A stretch of 34,512 nucleotides of DNA, taken from UHGV virus genome UHGV-0080856. One strand, written 5' to 3'. The translations under genes were made by a program, and so were the position numbers. Numbering within the stretch: position 1 is the first letter of the stretch; each line of letters opens with the position of its first letter. This document shows positions 34,177 to 34,512 of the stretch, in pieces. The notes below the pieces were generated by a model. The model was not told the DNA's origin. It searched no databases and saw only the letters and a program-made list of their open reading frames with translations. This DNA is from a virus.

Positions 34177-34202
34177 CTGATTAACTAAATAAATAAAACA
34201 TT

Positions 34203-34512
34203 ATGCAAAAATACAAATTTACTGGAGAAACAAAGGAGGTGTATGGCTGCACCTTGCACCAGATCGTATGCGTAACAGCGTTTGCCTCCGTCGCTGCCGG
34301 AGAGGTTGGCGGCTACATTGAAAAAGAAGTCAACCTGTCCCAAGACGGGAACGCCTGGGTCTCCGGGAACGCCAAGGTCTTCGGGAACGCCAAGGTCTTC
34401 GGGAACGCCGAGGTCTTCGGGAACGCCAAGGTCTTCGGGGACGCCAAGGTCTTCGGGGACGCCAAGGTCTCCGGGAACGCCGAGGTCTGCGGGGACGCCG
34501 AGGTCTTCGGGA
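34203..34512 (+). CDS. 5' part of the wrap-around gene: conserved N-terminal domain (MQKYKFTGETKEVYGCTLHQI...GGYIEKEVNLSQDGNAWVSGNAKV...) followed by hexapeptide repeats. Truncated at the window end and continues at nt 1 or 37
   Basis: ATG at 34203 preceded by an AT-rich leader. Total length 34203..34512 plus 37..386 is 660 nt, which is 220 codons, so the joined ORF is in frame. I recall this N-terminal motif followed by GNA-x-V hexapeptide repeats as a recurrent uncharacterised prophage protein type. Confidence 0.65.
   Translation, partial: MQKYKFTGETKEVYGCTLHQIVCVTAFASVAAGEVGGYIEKEVNLSQDGNAWVSGNAKVFGNAKVFGNAEVFGNAKVFGDAKVFGDAKVSGNAEVCGDAEVFG
34347..34512 (+). repeat. Tandem array of near-identical 18-bp units (consensus gggRacgccRaggtcttc). 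About 9 units lie at the window end, and the array continues at the window start
   Basis: Direct reading of GGGAACGCCAAGGTCTTC-type units that differ only at A/G and T/C wobble-like positions. They encode G-N/D-A-K/E-V-F/C/S. Confidence 0.9.

Larger units (their letters stand above)
1..34512 (+). mobile_element. Temperate tailed phage genome, apparently complete and circularly permuted (prophage-type gene content: integrase, repressor, antirepressor, replication, packaging, head, tail, lysis)
   Basis: Full set of phage modules in canonical order. nt 1-36 are identical to nt 34477-34512. One ORF (34203->386) runs across the window ends in a single frame, so the window is a wrapped circular/permuted contig. 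Confidence 0.8.

Noticed and set aside
1-34512. CRISPR arrays, rRNA genes, transposase/IS elements, reverse transcriptase (DGR/retron)
   Set aside because: No spaced direct repeats besides the coding 18-bp tandem array and the short repeats listed above. No RT, transposase or rRNA-like sequences were recognised.

Overview
The window reads as an essentially complete temperate, tailed phage genome (about 34.5 kb). It is wrapped at an arbitrary point: the first 36 nt (1-36) are identical to the last 36 nt (34477-34512), and one gene, a hexapeptide-repeat protein, starts at 34203 and finishes at 386 in the same frame. Most genes are on the + strand in functional blocks. (1) Recombination/early block: RecT-like annealase, a Cas4-like 4-Cys PD-(D/E)XK exonuclease, a RusA resolvase, small Cys-rich proteins, and two orphan DNA methyltransferases (a C5-cytosine MTase and a small amino-MTase). 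(2) Replication: a replisome organizer with an iteron cluster inside the gene, and a DnaC-like loader. (3) A minus-strand accessory cassette at 6938-8308: an HTH protein, a strongly acidic small protein, and a tandem FCS/YacG-like zinc-ribbon protein. It has its own operator-promoter, and a run of stable hairpins on the + strand suggests a small structured RNA. (4) Late block: a sigma70-like promoter, TerS, TerL, portal, a Mu-I-like protease/scaffold, a decoration-like protein, a lambda-E-like capsid, head/tail proteins, a collagen-like tail fibre, and a lysis cassette (holin-like, i-spanin-like, o-spanin-like lipoprotein, amidase endolysin). These are followed by a protein with Ig/BACON-like repeats, a coiled-coil protein that may be the tape measure, an AT-rich mosaic segment with a membrane protein, a large tail protein and a GT-A-like glycosyltransferase. 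(5) Lysogeny block: a tyrosine integrase with upstream repeat families (TGTACAG x4, TGTCATGACA x3). A 16-nt poly-C tract forms a promoter spacer ahead of a 48-aa membrane peptide. An XRE-type repressor sits beside GCTGATAA operators, followed by a Bro-N/KilAC antirepressor, a lipoprotein, an Xis-like HTH protein and a Zn-ribbon membrane protein. I saw no rRNA, tRNA, CRISPR array or transposase. Composition (about 57-58% GC, with mucin-related BACON-like repeats) fits a Verrucomicrobia/Akkermansia-like or other high-GC gut host, but that is only a guess. Start codons of several genes (TerS, capsid, TerL, RecT, C5-MTase, portal) are uncertain.
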